Assembly: GCA_963707215.1 (NCBI GenBank)
Contig: CAVPPB010000003.1
Span: 1,632,001 to 1,696,000 of the forward strand
Length of the DNA: 64,000 bases
Reading direction: 5' to 3'
Origin: an uncultured Chloroflexia bacterium
GTDB taxonomy: Bacteria > Chloroflexota > Limnocylindria > Limnocylindrales > CSP1-4
In this document: piece after piece, positions 47,783-57,942 of the stretch
How the letters are laid out: each line of letters begins with the position of its first letter
Position numbering within the stretch: position 1 is the stretch's first letter
Program-made: the position numbers and the translations under genes
Notes under the pieces: model-generated
The model's database searches: none
Told to the model about the DNA's origin: nothing
Seen by the model: only the letters and a program-made list of their open reading frames with translations

Positions 47783-48658
47783 GTGAACCGGACGAGCCGC
47801 GTCAGACCGGACAGGACGGCCATCGGTGCGCAGCACGACGACGTCGGGGGCGCCGTCCACCCGCAACGGGATCCACTGCATCGTGGGCCCGTCCGGGCCC
47901 GGACGACGCCCCCGGCGCGCGCCAGCGACCTGCCGCCGATCCCGGCGCCATTCCTCGGAAGCCTCGACGAAGGTCTCGCCGAGCTCGGGCTGGGGCTCGA
48001 CGGGGACCAGCGTCGACGACTCGTCGATCATGCGCGCCTGCTCCTCGCCTGGACGTCGGCTGTCAACCTGACCGGCATCCGCGACCCGGCGGCGGCGGCC
48101 CGGCTCCATGTGATCGATTCGATCAGTGCCGTTCCCCTGCTCCGCGAGCTGGGCGTCGATCGCTTCGTCGACCTGGGCAGCGGTGGCGGATACCCCGGCC
48201 TCGCACTGGCGATCGCCACCGCGGCCGCGGCGCGGCTCGTCAATTCCACCGGCAAGAAGGCCACCTTCCTCGAGCTGGCCGTGGCGGACCTCGGCCTCGA
48301 CGATCAGGTCGCCGTCGACCGCCGACGAGCGGAGGAGCTCGCGGCCGATCCCATCCACCGCGAGGGCTGGCCCGCGGTCACCGTCCGGGCCGTGGCCGGC
48401 CTCGGCGAGCTCGTCGAGCTTGCCTTCCCACTGCTTCGCCCGGGCGGCGCCCTGCTCGCCTGGAAGCGCGATCCCACCGAGGCGGAGCTGGCGGCCGGCA
48501 GACGGGCGGCGCTGGCGCTCGGCGGCGGGTCGGTGGTGGTGCGCGACCAGGGGCTCGAATTGCTCCCCGGCCACCGGATCGTCGTGGTCACCAAGGAGGG
48601 CCCCACACCCGGCGAGTTCCCGCGCGACCCGGCCCGGCGGAAGCGGCGCCCCTGGTGA
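47783..48658 (+). CDS. rsmG: 16S rRNA m7G527 methyltransferase (start uncertain)
   Basis: NLTGIRD..HVIDS, DLGSGGGYPG, RAEE, TVRAV. Confidence 0.9.
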   Translation: MNRTSRVRPDRTAIGAQHDDVGGAVHPQRDPLHRGPVRARTTPPARASDLPPIPAPFLGSLDEGLAELGLGLDGDQRRRLVDHARLLLAWTSAVNLTGIRDPAAAARLHVIDSISAVPLLRELGVDRFVDLGSGGGYPGLALAIATAAAARLVNSTGKKATFLELAVADLGLDDQVAVDRRRAEELAADPIHREGWPAVTVRAVAGLGELVELAFPLLRPGGALLAWKRDPTEAELAAGRRAALALGGGSVVVRDQGLELLPGHRIVVVTKEGPTPGEFPRDPARRKRRPW

Positions 48659-48685
48659 CCCGCCGGGGTCTACACTCCGCGACGC

Positions 48686-49417
48686 ATGCGCGCGGCCGTC
48701 CTGTCCGATATCCACGCCAATCTCGTGGCGCTCGACGCCGTATTGGCGGTGATCGGCGATGTCGACGAGGTCTGGCAACTCGGCGACATCGTGGGCTACG
48801 GGCCCGAGCCGGATGGCGTCGTCGACCGCCTCCGGGAGATCGGCGCGGTCGGCGTCCGCGGCAACCACGACGCGGCCGCGGTCGGCGACCTCGAGCTGGA
48901 CTGGTTCAACCCCGATGCCAGGCGCGCCATCGAGTGGACCCGGGCGACTGCGGCCGCGCGGACGCTCGACTGGCTTCGGACCCGGCCCGAGATCGAGCTG
49001 CGATCCGGTGCCGCCCTGGTCCACGGCAGCCTGCGCGACCCGACCTGGGAATACATCACCCACGCCTCGATCGCCCGGGAGAGCCTCGACCGGCTGGCGG
49101 AGCACGGCGTCACCCTGGGGCTCTTCGGTCACACCCACGTCCCGGTGGCCTTCCGGATGACCGAGCGACGCATCGAGACGATCGAGCCCGACGTGGATGC
49201 GACGGTGGCGATCGACGATCGGCCGACCCTCCTGAACCCGGGTAGCGTCGGTCAGCCCAGGGACGGCGACCCGGCGGCCAGCGCCATGGTCCTGGATCTC
49301 GAGCGGCGCCAGGCGGCCTGGATCCGCGTCCCCTACGACGTGCCCCGGGTCCAGGCGACGATGCGCGACCTGGGCCTCCCGGAGCGCCTCGCCGCCCGGC
49401 TTTCCTACGGCCTGTAG
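48686..49417 (+). CDS. Calcineurin-like metallophosphoesterase
   Basis: SDIHAN, GDIVGYG, GNHD, GHTH, NPGSVGQPRDG. Confidence 0.92.
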   Translation: MRAAVLSDIHANLVALDAVLAVIGDVDEVWQLGDIVGYGPEPDGVVDRLREIGAVGVRGNHDAAAVGDLELDWFNPDARRAIEWTRATAAARTLDWLRTRPEIELRSGAALVHGSLRDPTWEYITHASIARESLDRLAEHGVTLGLFGHTHVPVAFRMTERRIETIEPDVDATVAIDDRPTLLNPGSVGQPRDGDPAASAMVLDLERRQAAWIRVPYDVPRVQATMRDLGLPERLAARLSYGL

Positions 49418-49419
49418 CG

Positions 49420-51423
49420 ATGGCGATCGGCGGGCGGCGGCCGCTCCAGGGACGCAAGCCTGGCGACCGCCGCGTGCGGGTCGAGCGCCCCCACTCGGCC
49501 TACTTCCGCTGGAGCGGTCCAGGACAGCTCGTCGCCAAGCAGGCCGCCAGCGCCCCCACGACGCCCGTCGGGCGAGCCTGGGCCGCGACGAAGCGGGTCC
49601 TCATCGGCCGTCCCCTCGCCAGCGAGGAGGACATCACCGAGCGCCTGCCCAAGAAGAAGGCCCTGGCCATCTTCAGCTCCGACGCGATCAGCTCCTCGAC
49701 CTATGCCTCCGAGGAGATCCTGCTGATCCTGGTGACGGCCGGCGCGACCGCGGTCGCCTTCTCGATCCCCATCGCCATCGCGATCGCCGCCCTGCTGCTG
49801 GTCGTCTCGACGTCGTACCGGCAGATCTGCCATGCCTACCCGTCGGGCGGCGGCGCGTATGCCGTCGCCAAGGCGAACATCAACATGCCCTCGGCCCTGC
49901 TCGCGGCCGCGGCCCTGCTCTTCGACTACATGATGACCGTGGCGGTCTCCATCGCCGCCGGGATCGCGGCCATCACCTCGGTCATCCCCGAGCTCATCCC
50001 GTTCCGCGTCGAGCTGGCCCTCCTGGCCATCGCCCTGCTCACCGTCGCCAACCTCCGGGGCCTCCGGGAGTCCGGCAACATCTTCGCCCTGCCGACCTAC
50101 GCCTTCGTGGGCGGCGCCCTGGCGATGATCGCCATCGGCGTCGTCGCGATCGCCACCGGCGACCCGGCCGCCTCGTTCCCGACCCCGGAGATCGAGGCCC
50201 CGCCCGGCGGGTTCGAGGTGCTGACGATCGTCCTCGTGGTCCGGGCGTTCGCCTTCGGCTCGGTCGCTCTCACCGGCACCGAGGCCATCTCGAACGGCGT
50301 TCCGGCCTTCAAGCCGCCGGAGGCGACGAGCGCGGCCAACACCCTGACGATCATGGCCGTCCTGCTGGGCACGATCTTCATCGGGATCTCGCTCCTGGCG
50401 GCCGCCTACGGCCTGGTCCCCAGCGAGACCGAGACGCTCATCAGCCAGGTCTCGCGGACGGTGTTCGGCGACGGGGTCGTCTACGTCGGCTTCCAGGCGG
50501 CGACCGCCCTGATCCTGCTCCTGGCCGCCAACACCGGCTACAACGGGGCCCCAAGGCTGGCCCAGATCCTGGCGGCCGACGGCTACCTGCCCAGGCAGTT
50601 CGCCTTCCGCGGCGATCGGCTCGCCTACTCCTGGGGGATCATCATCCTGGCAGTCACCGCCGGGATCTTCGTCGCCATCTTCGACGGCTCGGTGAGCGGC
50701 CTGATCCCGCTCTACTCCGTCGGGATCTTCGCCTCGTTCACCCTCTCGCAGGCCGGCATGGTCAAGCACTGGTTCCTGGAGCGCGGCCCGGGCTGGCGCT
50801 GGAAGCTCGGGGTGAACCTCCTCGGGGCGGCGGTCACGGGCGTGGTGGCGGTCATCATCATCGGCGCCAAGTTCAGCCTCGGCGCCTGGATCGTCCTGAT
50901 CGCGGTCCCGCTCATCGCGCTGCTGATGGTCGCGATCCGACGCCAGTACCGGCTCCAGGCCACCGAGCTAACGGTGCCCGAAGAGGACGAGATCCCCCCG
51001 CCACACCGCGAGCAGCGGGTCATCGTCCCGGTCCCCGGCATCACCCGGGCCGTCGTCCAGGCGGTGAACTTCGGGCGATCGATCGCCACGGACGTCCGGG
51101 CCGTCTTCGTGACCGAGGACCCCGACCAGGGCGACGAGCTCCGCGAGCGCTGGGAGCGCCAGTTCCCGGACGTCCCCCTCGTCATCGTGGAATCCCCGTA
51201 CCGGGCCCTGGTGGGGCCGGTGGTCGCCTACCTCGACGTCCTGGACATGGCCTGGCCGCCAGGCAAGGAGTCGCCGACGACGATCGTCGTCATCCCCGAG
51301 TACGTGGCCAAGCGGTGGTACGACCGCCTGCTCTACAACCAGTCGGCCCGTCGGCTTCGAGCGGCGCTCGTGGGCCGCGAGCACACCGTCATCGCCGACG
51401 TCCCCTACCGCCGGCGCCACTAG
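49420..51423 (+). CDS. APC family permease, KimA/YdaO-like K+ transporter
   Basis: FSSDAISS.TYASEE, SYRQ..AYPSGGGAY, ALTGTEAISNGVP, LIPLYSVG, ESPYR. Confidence 0.85.
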   Translation: MAIGGRRPLQGRKPGDRRVRVERPHSAYFRWSGPGQLVAKQAASAPTTPVGRAWAATKRVLIGRPLASEEDITERLPKKKALAIFSSDAISSSTYASEEILLILVTAGATAVAFSIPIAIAIAALLLVVSTSYRQICHAYPSGGGAYAVAKANINMPSALLAAAALLFDYMMTVAVSIAAGIAAITSVIPELIPFRVELALLAIALLTVANLRGLRESGNIFALPTYAFVGGALAMIAIGVVAIATGDPAASFPTPEIEAPPGGFEVLTIVLVVRAFAFGSVALTGTEAISNGVPAFKPPEATSAANTLTIMAVLLGTIFIGISLLAAAYGLVPSETETLISQVSRTVFGDGVVYVGFQAATALILLLAANTGYNGAPRLAQILAADGYLPRQFAFRGDRLAYSWGIIILAVTAGIFVAIFDGSVSGLIPLYSVGIFASFTLSQAGMVKHWFLERGPGWRWKLGVNLLGAAVTGVVAVIIIGAKFSLGAWIVLIAVPLIALLMVAIRRQYRLQATELTVPEEDEIPPPHREQRVIVPVPGITRAVVQAVNFGRSIATDVRAVFVTEDPDQGDELRERWERQFPDVPLVIVESPYRALVGPVVAYLDVLDMAWPPGKESPTTIVVIPEYVAKRWYDRLLYNQSARRLRAALVGREHTVIADVPYRRRH

Positions 51424-51608
51424 GGCCGACCGACGGCGCCACCAGGGCCGAGACCCGGGGGGTTCCACCGGCTCACACCGGCGGTCGGTCCGACATGCGG
51501 GATGCTCCTGACCGGACCGAGCGTCCACGGTGGTATGGTGGCCGTCGAGCGACGCTGGCCGCCGACCCCGCGGTCCCTCGCGATCATCGACCGGAGACCC
51601 TCGCACCC

Positions 51609-52067
51609 GTGTCCGACCATCGTCCGCCCGTCTTCCGACGGGCCGTCCTCGCGCTCGGTGGAGGGTCCGGCGACGAGCGCGTCGTCCGACTCGCCGCGGA
51701 GGTCGCCAAGCAGGCCAAGGCCGAGCTCGTCGCCGTCCATGTCGTCGAGATCGACTGGACCCTTCCGCTCGACGCAGACGTCGCCAGCACGTCGGAGGAC
51801 GCCCAGCGGGTCCTCGACATGGCCGAGCTGACCGCCGAGGCTACCGGCTGGAAGATCGAATCGGTCCTGCTCCAGGCCCGCGACGTCGGGGCCGCCATCG
51901 TCGACGAGGCGACCGAGCGAGGCGCCGATCTGCTGATCCTCGCCCTCGCCTACCGGCGCCGCTTCGGCGGTGACTTCGCGATCGGGCGGACCATCCCGTA
52001 CGCCCTCAAGAACGCTCCCTGCGCTGTCTGGATCGTCCGGGAGCCGATGCCCGAGGAGATGCCATGA
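51609..52067 (+). CDS. Universal stress protein
   Basis: VAVHVVE..AIVDEA..GADLLIL..KNAPCAVWIVR. Confidence 0.85.
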   Translation: MSDHRPPVFRRAVLALGGGSGDERVVRLAAEVAKQAKAELVAVHVVEIDWTLPLDADVASTSEDAQRVLDMAELTAEATGWKIESVLLQARDVGAAIVDEATERGADLLILALAYRRRFGGDFAIGRTIPYALKNAPCAVWIVREPMPEEMP

Positions 52068-52558
52068 GGACCGTCATCATCGGGTGCGGCCGGACCGGGG
52101 CCGTCCTCGCCGAGACGTTCGAATCGCTCGGTCACGACGTGACCGTCCTGGACACCGACACCCGGGCCTTCGACCGGCTGCCGGCGGCCTTCCGGGGCAG
52201 CACCGTCCGTGGCGATGGGACCGACGAGGACGTCCTCCGCCGGGCCGGGGTCACCGACGCGGACCTGCTGCTGGCCATGACGGAGGGCGACAACCGGAAC
52301 ATCATGGCCGGCCAGCTGGCGACCGAGGTGCTGGGCGTCCGACAGGTCATCGTCAAGATCAATGACCCGGTCCGCGCCGACGCCTATACGGCCCTGGGCA
52401 TGGCGACCATCTGCCGGACCAACCTGATGGAGGACGCCATCCTGGCCTTCATCGGTCAGCCGGCCCGGCACCTCGCCGGCGTCCGGGCGCCGACGGGGAC
52501 GCATCCGGGTGGCGAGCACCACGACACCGGGGCCGCAGCGCCCACGACGGAGGGCTAA
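52064..52558 (+). CDS. TrkA-N (RCK) domain protein
   Basis: IIGCGRTG, GDGTDEDVLRRAG, DNRNI. Confidence 0.9.
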   Translation: MRTVIIGCGRTGAVLAETFESLGHDVTVLDTDTRAFDRLPAAFRGSTVRGDGTDEDVLRRAGVTDADLLLAMTEGDNRNIMAGQLATEVLGVRQVIVKINDPVRADAYTALGMATICRTNLMEDAILAFIGQPARHLAGVRAPTGTHPGGEHHDTGAAAPTTEG

Positions 52559-52561
52559 GCG

Positions 52562-53245
52562 ATGTTCGTCATCGTCGTCGGCGGCGGCAAGGTCGGCTAC
52601 TACCTGACCAAGGAGCTGATCGAGTCCGGCCACGAAGTCGTCCTCATGGAGAAGGACCGCGGGCGCGCGGACCAGATCACCGATGAGATCGGCTCCGTCG
52701 TCATCCCTCACGACGGTTGTGAGGGCGCCTACCTGGCCGAGGCCGGCGCCAGCCGAGCCGACATCGTCGCCGCCGTGACCGGTGACGATGAGGACAACCT
52801 GGTCATCTGCCAGATGGCCAAACACCACTTCGACGTGCCGCGGACGATCGCCCGGGTGAACAACCCGAAGAACGAGGAGCTGTTCCGGCACCTCGGGGTC
52901 GACGAGATCAACAGCCCGACCCGGATGATCCTCGCCTCGATCGAGCAGGACATCCCGGTCCACGAGCTGCTCCACCTTGCCGCTCTCGGGGAGGGCGAGC
53001 TGGAGATCATCGAGGCCCGCCTGCAACAGGGCTCGCCGGCCATCGGACGGGCTTCGGGCGATCTCGTCATCCCGGACGGTTGCTCACTCTTCGCGGTGAT
53101 CCGCGACGGGTCGGCTGTGCCGCTCCGGCCGGACACGGTGCTCCGCGACGGCGACAAGGTCATCGCCATCGGTCGGGCCGACTGCGAGGTCGAGCTCAAG
53201 GCCCAGCTCATCGGAGAACCCTCGGTCGAGGTGGTCGGGAGCTGA
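52562..53245 (+). CDS. trkA: TrkA family potassium uptake regulator (RCK-N + RCK-C)
   Basis: VGGGKVG, VTGDDEDNLV, ARVNNPKN, RCK-C tail. Confidence 0.88.
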   Translation: MFVIVVGGGKVGYYLTKELIESGHEVVLMEKDRGRADQITDEIGSVVIPHDGCEGAYLAEAGASRADIVAAVTGDDEDNLVICQMAKHHFDVPRTIARVNNPKNEELFRHLGVDEINSPTRMILASIEQDIPVHELLHLAALGEGELEIIEARLQQGSPAIGRASGDLVIPDGCSLFAVIRDGSAVPLRPDTVLRDGDKVIAIGRADCEVELKAQLIGEPSVEVVGS

Positions 53246-53317
53246 GGACGATCCGACCCGAGCCACGGTTCGGACCGAAGCACACCCGAGTTATCTGCGG
53301 TTTGCGCGCCCTGCTAT

Positions 53318-53348
53318 CTTGACAACATCATTGTCAGGGTTCTAGGAT
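53318..53348 (+). promoter_or_regulatory. Heat-shock operon promoter with overlapping HAIR-like inverted repeat
   Basis: TTGACA-N18-TAGGAT; CTTGACA-N7-TGTCAGG. Confidence 0.75.
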
Positions 53349-53413
53349 ACGGGATGTCCGCCGGACCGGCCGGTGGGCCGCGTATTCCGATCCGACCGGA
53401 GGTATGCCTGACG

Positions 53414-53908
53414 ATGACCCTGATCCGTCGTCCGTCACCCTTCAACGACCTGCTCACCCTGCGCCAGGCCATGGACCGGGTGTTCGAGGACAGTTTCCTG
53501 CGCTCGCCGTTCTGGACGGGCTCGACGCCCGAGGGCGGCGCCATCCCCCTTGACATCACGTCGACGCCCGACGCCGTCGTCGTCGAGGCCTCCCTGCCTG
53601 GCGTCAGCCCCGAGGACGTCGACATCACCGTCGAGAGCGGCACGCTGACGATCACCGGGACCTTCGATGCCGAGGCCTCGATGGAGGAAGGCGATCAGCT
53701 CATCCGCGAGCTGCGCCGGGGCACCTTTGCCCGCTCGATCACCCTTCCGCAGGGCCTCGAGCCGGACAGGGCCGACGCCACCTTCGAGAACGGCATCCTT
53801 CGCCTGCGACTCCCCAAGGCGGAGCAGGTGAAGCCACGCCAGATCAAGATCTCCGCCGCCCCCACGACCGAGACCGTGGCGGTCTCGACCGGCAGCCAAC
53901 AGGGCTGA
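53414..53908 (+). CDS. Hsp20/alpha-crystallin small heat shock protein
   Basis: LPGVSPEDVDI, GTFARSITLP, ATFENGILRLRLPK; GGAGGT RBS. Confidence 0.95.
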   Translation: MTLIRRPSPFNDLLTLRQAMDRVFEDSFLRSPFWTGSTPEGGAIPLDITSTPDAVVVEASLPGVSPEDVDITVESGTLTITGTFDAEASMEEGDQLIRELRRGTFARSITLPQGLEPDRADATFENGILRLRLPKAEQVKPRQIKISAAPTTETVAVSTGSQQG

Positions 53909-53912
53909 CCGG

Positions 53913-54290
53913 ATGGCGATCCGTCGGCTCGATCGAGATCCGGCCCGGCCGGTCTACGTGATCAGCGTCGCCGCGGGCATGGTCCACGTCCATCCTCGGA
54001 CGCTCCGCATCTACGAGGACGAGGGCCTGGTCGCGCCGGCGCGCACGCCGACGAACATCCGGCTCTACAGCGAGAACGACATCCGGCGGATCCTCTGGAT
54101 CCGCCACCTGACCCAGGACCGGGGCGTCAACCTCGCCGGGATCCGGCTGCTCTTCGAACTCGAGGAGCGGCTCGGCAAGCGCATCCTCGAGGTCCTGTAC
54201 GACGAAGGGACCAGAGGCGCGTCCGATGACGAGCGCGACACCGACACCTCACCGTCGGCCGGCCGGGCCGGCCGACGGACCGACTTCTAG
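53913..54290 (+). CDS. hspR: HspR-like MerR family heat-shock repressor
   Basis: PVYVISVAA..HPRTLRIYE..RLYS..GVNLAGI. Confidence 0.85.
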   Translation: MAIRRLDRDPARPVYVISVAAGMVHVHPRTLRIYEDEGLVAPARTPTNIRLYSENDIRRILWIRHLTQDRGVNLAGIRLLFELEERLGKRILEVLYDEGTRGASDDERDTDTSPSAGRAGRRTDF

Positions 54291-54345
54291 GGCTGACCGG
54301 GCCGGCGAAGTCGCGATACACCTTCCCGTGAACCAGGAGAACCCG

Positions 54346-56844
54346 ATGGCCAAGCGAGCGTCCGGAGCGGACGAGACGAAGAAGCCCGTCGCGCCGGCCC
54401 GGCGCGAGCTACCACTGGTCGCCCTGCGGGAGACCGTCATCTTCCCCGAGATGATCGTCCCTCTGCAGGTCGGTCGCGAGAAGAGCGTCAACGCCCTCAA
54501 CGCCGCCGTCGCCGACGGGGGCCCGATCGCACTCGTCACCCAGCGCCAGGCCGAACAGGAGGACATCACCGACCCGAGCGAGCTCTACGAGGTCGGGACG
54601 CTGGCCAAGATCGCCCAGGTCGTGCAGCTGCAGGACGGGACCGTCCGGGCCATCGTCCAGGGCCAGGGACGGCTTCGCGTGCACGCCTTCGCCAAGGTCG
54701 ATCCCTATCTGCGCGCCGTCATCGAAGAGGTGGAGGAGCCGACCGCCGCCGGCGTCGAGGTCCAGGCGCTCATGCGGACCGTCCAGGGCCAGATCGAGCA
54801 ATACGTCGCGAACGGCGCGCCGGTCCCTCCCGAGGCAGCCGTTGCGGCCCGCAACATCACCGAGCCCGGGCTCCTCGCCGACATGGTCGCCTACAGCCCT
54901 GACATGTCGACCGAGCAGCGCCAGGAGCTCCTCGAGACCATCGACGTCGTCGAGCGGCTCAAGCTCGTCTCGGGCTTCCTCGCCCGCCAGGTCGAGATCC
55001 TCGAGCTCAAGGGGAAGATCCAGAGCGAGGTCAAGTCCGAGATGGACAAGACCCAGCGCGAGTACATCCTCCGCGAGCAGCTCAAGGCGATCCAGCGCGA
55101 GCTGGGCGAGGATGATCCCCAGCAGGCAGAGATCAGCGAGCTCCGCGACAAGGTCGAGAGCGCCGGCATGCCCGAGGAGGTCAAGACCCGGGCGCTCAAG
55201 GAGATCGACCGGATGTCGCGGATCCCGTCCGCCTCGCCGGAGGTGGGCGTCATCCGGACCTACGTCGACTGGCTGGTCGGGCTGCCGTGGGACGTCTCCA
55301 CGGACGACCAGCTGGACATCCGCCGGGCCGCCGAGATCCTCGAGGAGGACCACTACGGTCTGGAAAAGGTCAAGGAGCGGATCCTCGAGTACCTCGCGGT
55401 CCGCTCGCTGGCCGAGACCATCCGCAGCCCCATCCTTGCCCTGGTCGGGCCGCCCGGCGTAGGCAAGACGTCGCTCGGCAAGAGCATCGCCCGGGCGATG
55501 GGTCGGAAGTTCGTCCGCATGAGCCTGGGCGGCATCCACGATGAGGCGGAGATCCGCGGTCACCGGCGCACCTACATCGGCGCCCTGCCCGGGCGGATCA
55601 TCCAGAACGTCAAGACGGCCGGCTCGAACAACCCGGTCTTCATGCTCGACGAGATCGACAAGATCGGGATGGACTTCCGGGGCGACCCGTCGTCGGCCCT
55701 CCTCGAGGTCCTCGACCCTGAGCAGAACAACACCTTCCAGGACAACTACCTCGAGGTGCCCTTCGACCTGAGCCGGGTCCTCTTCATCGCCACCGGCAAC
55801 CTCATGGACCCGATCCCGGCCGCGCTCCGCGACCGGATGGAGATCATCCAGCTGCCGGGCTACACCCAGCAGGAGAAGATCGAGATCGGCAAGCGGTTCC
55901 TGGTCCCCAAGCAGATGGAGAACCACGGCCTCAGGCCGAAGCACATCCAGATCACCGACGAGACCATGGTCGAGCTCGTCCAGGCCTACACCAAGGAGGC
56001 CGGCGTCCGGAACCTCGAGCGCGAGATCGCCAACATCATGCGCAAGGTCGCCCGCGCGGTGGCCGAGGGCCGCAAGCGCAGGACCGTCGTCGACCGCCGC
56101 AAGCTGGTCGCGTACCTCGGCCCGCCGCGCTTCGACTACGGCGAGCTCGAGGCCGAGGACCAGACCGGCTCGGCGACGGGACTCGTGGTCACCGAGGTCG
56201 GAGGCGACATCGTCGCCGTCGAGGTGACCCGGATGGAGGGCAAGGAGGACTTCATCCTGACCGGCCAGCTCGGCGACGTCATGCGCGAGTCGGCCCGGGC
56301 AGGGCTGTCCTGGATCCGAGCCAACGCCGACCGCCTCGGGATCTCCCGCGAGCAGTTCGAGAAGAACACCCTCCACATCCACGTGCCGGCTGGGGCGATC
56401 CCCAAGGACGGCCCATCAGCCGGCATCACGATGGCCACCGCCATGATCTCGGCCTTTACCGGGATCCCGGTCCGCAAGGACGTCGCCATGACCGGTGAGA
56501 TCACCCTTCGGGGCCGGGTCCTGCCGATCGGCGGACTCAAGAGCAAGATCCTGGCGGCCCACCTCTCGGGGGCCAAGACCGTCATCCTGCCCCGGAAGAA
56601 CGAGAAGGACCTCCGGGACATCCCCGACGAGATCCGCCGCCAGATGCGGCTGGTCCTCGTCGATTCGATGGACCAGGTCCTCGAGGCCGCCCTTCGTCGC
56701 CGGCCGCGGCCCCTGACCAAGGACTCGGGCACCAGCAGCACCGAGGAGCGCTCGACCGGGACCCCGACTTCCCGGACCCAGGGTGGGCGCCGGCCCTCGT
56801 TCCCGCCGGCGGACCAGCCTCCGGTGGTCGTCCAGGGCGGCTGA
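54346..56844 (+). CDS. lon: Lon protease
   Basis: [30 protein letters not shown]. Confidence 0.97.
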   Translation: MAKRASGADETKKPVAPARRELPLVALRETVIFPEMIVPLQVGREKSVNALNAAVADGGPIALVTQRQAEQEDITDPSELYEVGTLAKIAQVVQLQDGTVRAIVQGQGRLRVHAFAKVDPYLRAVIEEVEEPTAAGVEVQALMRTVQGQIEQYVANGAPVPPEAAVAARNITEPGLLADMVAYSPDMSTEQRQELLETIDVVERLKLVSGFLARQVEILELKGKIQSEVKSEMDKTQREYILREQLKAIQRELGEDDPQQAEISELRDKVESAGMPEEVKTRALKEIDRMSRIPSASPEVGVIRTYVDWLVGLPWDVSTDDQLDIRRAAEILEEDHYGLEKVKERILEYLAVRSLAETIRSPILALVGPPGVGKTSLGKSIARAMGRKFVRMSLGGIHDEAEIRGHRRTYIGALPGRIIQNVKTAGSNNPVFMLDEIDKIGMDFRGDPSSALLEVLDPEQNNTFQDNYLEVPFDLSRVLFIATGNLMDPIPAALRDRMEIIQLPGYTQQEKIEIGKRFLVPKQMENHGLRPKHIQITDETMVELVQAYTKEAGVRNLEREIANIMRKVARAVAEGRKRRTVVDRRKLVAYLGPPRFDYGELEAEDQTGSATGLVVTEVGGDIVAVEVTRMEGKEDFILTGQLGDVMRESARAGLSWIRANADRLGISREQFEKNTLHIHVPAGAIPKDGPSAGITMATAMISAFTGIPVRKDVAMTGEITLRGRVLPIGGLKSKILAAHLSGAKTVILPRKNEKDLRDIPDEIRRQMRLVLVDSMDQVLEAALRRRPRPLTKDSGTSSTEERSTGTPTSRTQGGRRPSFPPADQPPVVVQGG

Positions 56845-56850
56845 TCGCAC

Positions 56851-57942
56851 TTGGAGTTCAAGGACTACTACGCGACCCTCGGCGTTCCCCGGACCGCCAG
56901 CCAGGCGGAGATCAAGAAGGCCTTCCGCAAGCTGGCCCGGGAGTCCCATCCTGACCGCAATCCCGGTGACGAGGCCGCGGAGCGACGCTTCAAGGACGTC
57001 AACGAGGCCAACGAAGTCCTGTCCGACCCCGAGAAGCGGAAGCTCTACGATCAGCTCGGCTCGAACTGGGAGACCTACGCCAGGGCCGGAGCAGGGGCGG
57101 GGGCGGGCGCCGGGTCCCCCTTCGGGGCCGGCGGCTTCGCCGGGTTCCCGGGCGGCGTCCGCTACGAGTTCCGGTCCGGCGGCGACGCCTCGGGCTTCAG
57201 CGACTTCTTCAACATGTTCTTCGGCGGCGCGGCCGAGGGCTACGAGACCACGACCCGGGGCAGCGGGCGAACGCGGACGCGGCGATCGGCCTCTGCTGGC
57301 GATCCGGGTTTCGAAGACATCCTCTCCGGCATGGGTCTCGGGGGCCGGTCGGCCACCGGACGGAGTCCGGTCGCCCGTCCACCCGGGCCGATCGAGGTCG
57401 AGGCCGAGGTCACGCTCGAGGAGGCCTTCCACGGCGCCAAGCGCCTGCTCGACGTCGACGGTCGGCGGCTGGAGGTCTCGATCCCCCGCGGCGTCACCGG
57501 CGGCAGCCGGGTCCGCCTGAAGGGGCAGGCGCCGGGCGGTGGCGACCTGGTCGTCGTCGTCCGGGTCGCCCCCCATCCGGTCTTCACCCGGAAGGGCCGG
57601 GACCTGGAGCGGGAGATCCCCATCACCCTGGCGGAGGCCCTCCTTGGCGGGCCGGTCCCGGTCCCCACGCTCAAGGGGCGGGTCCTCCTGACGATCCCGC
57701 CGGGGACCCAGAACGGGCGCCGTTTCCGGCTCGCTCGACAGGGCATGCCGGCGCTCAGGGGCGACGCCGTAGGCGACCTCTACGTCCGCGCCCGGGTCGT
57801 CCTGCCCACCGACCTCAGCACGGACGCGACGGCTGCGGGTCGTGCGTTCCTCGACCTCGTCGACCAGCCCGACCCACGGGCCGGCGGTCGCCCCTCTATC
57901 GACCACCCAACCAACGATCGCACCACGGGATCCAGCCGATGA
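56851..57942 (+). CDS. DnaJ class B (CbpA-like) co-chaperone, TTG start
   Basis: [16 protein letters not shown] region, no Cys-rich domain. Confidence 0.92.
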   Translation: MEFKDYYATLGVPRTASQAEIKKAFRKLARESHPDRNPGDEAAERRFKDVNEANEVLSDPEKRKLYDQLGSNWETYARAGAGAGAGAGSPFGAGGFAGFPGGVRYEFRSGGDASGFSDFFNMFFGGAAEGYETTTRGSGRTRTRRSASAGDPGFEDILSGMGLGGRSATGRSPVARPPGPIEVEAEVTLEEAFHGAKRLLDVDGRRLEVSIPRGVTGGSRVRLKGQAPGGGDLVVVVRVAPHPVFTRKGRDLEREIPITLAEALLGGPVPVPTLKGRVLLTIPPGTQNGRRFRLARQGMPALRGDAVGDLYVRARVVLPTDLSTDATAAGRAFLDLVDQPDPRAGGRPSIDHPTNDRTTGSSR

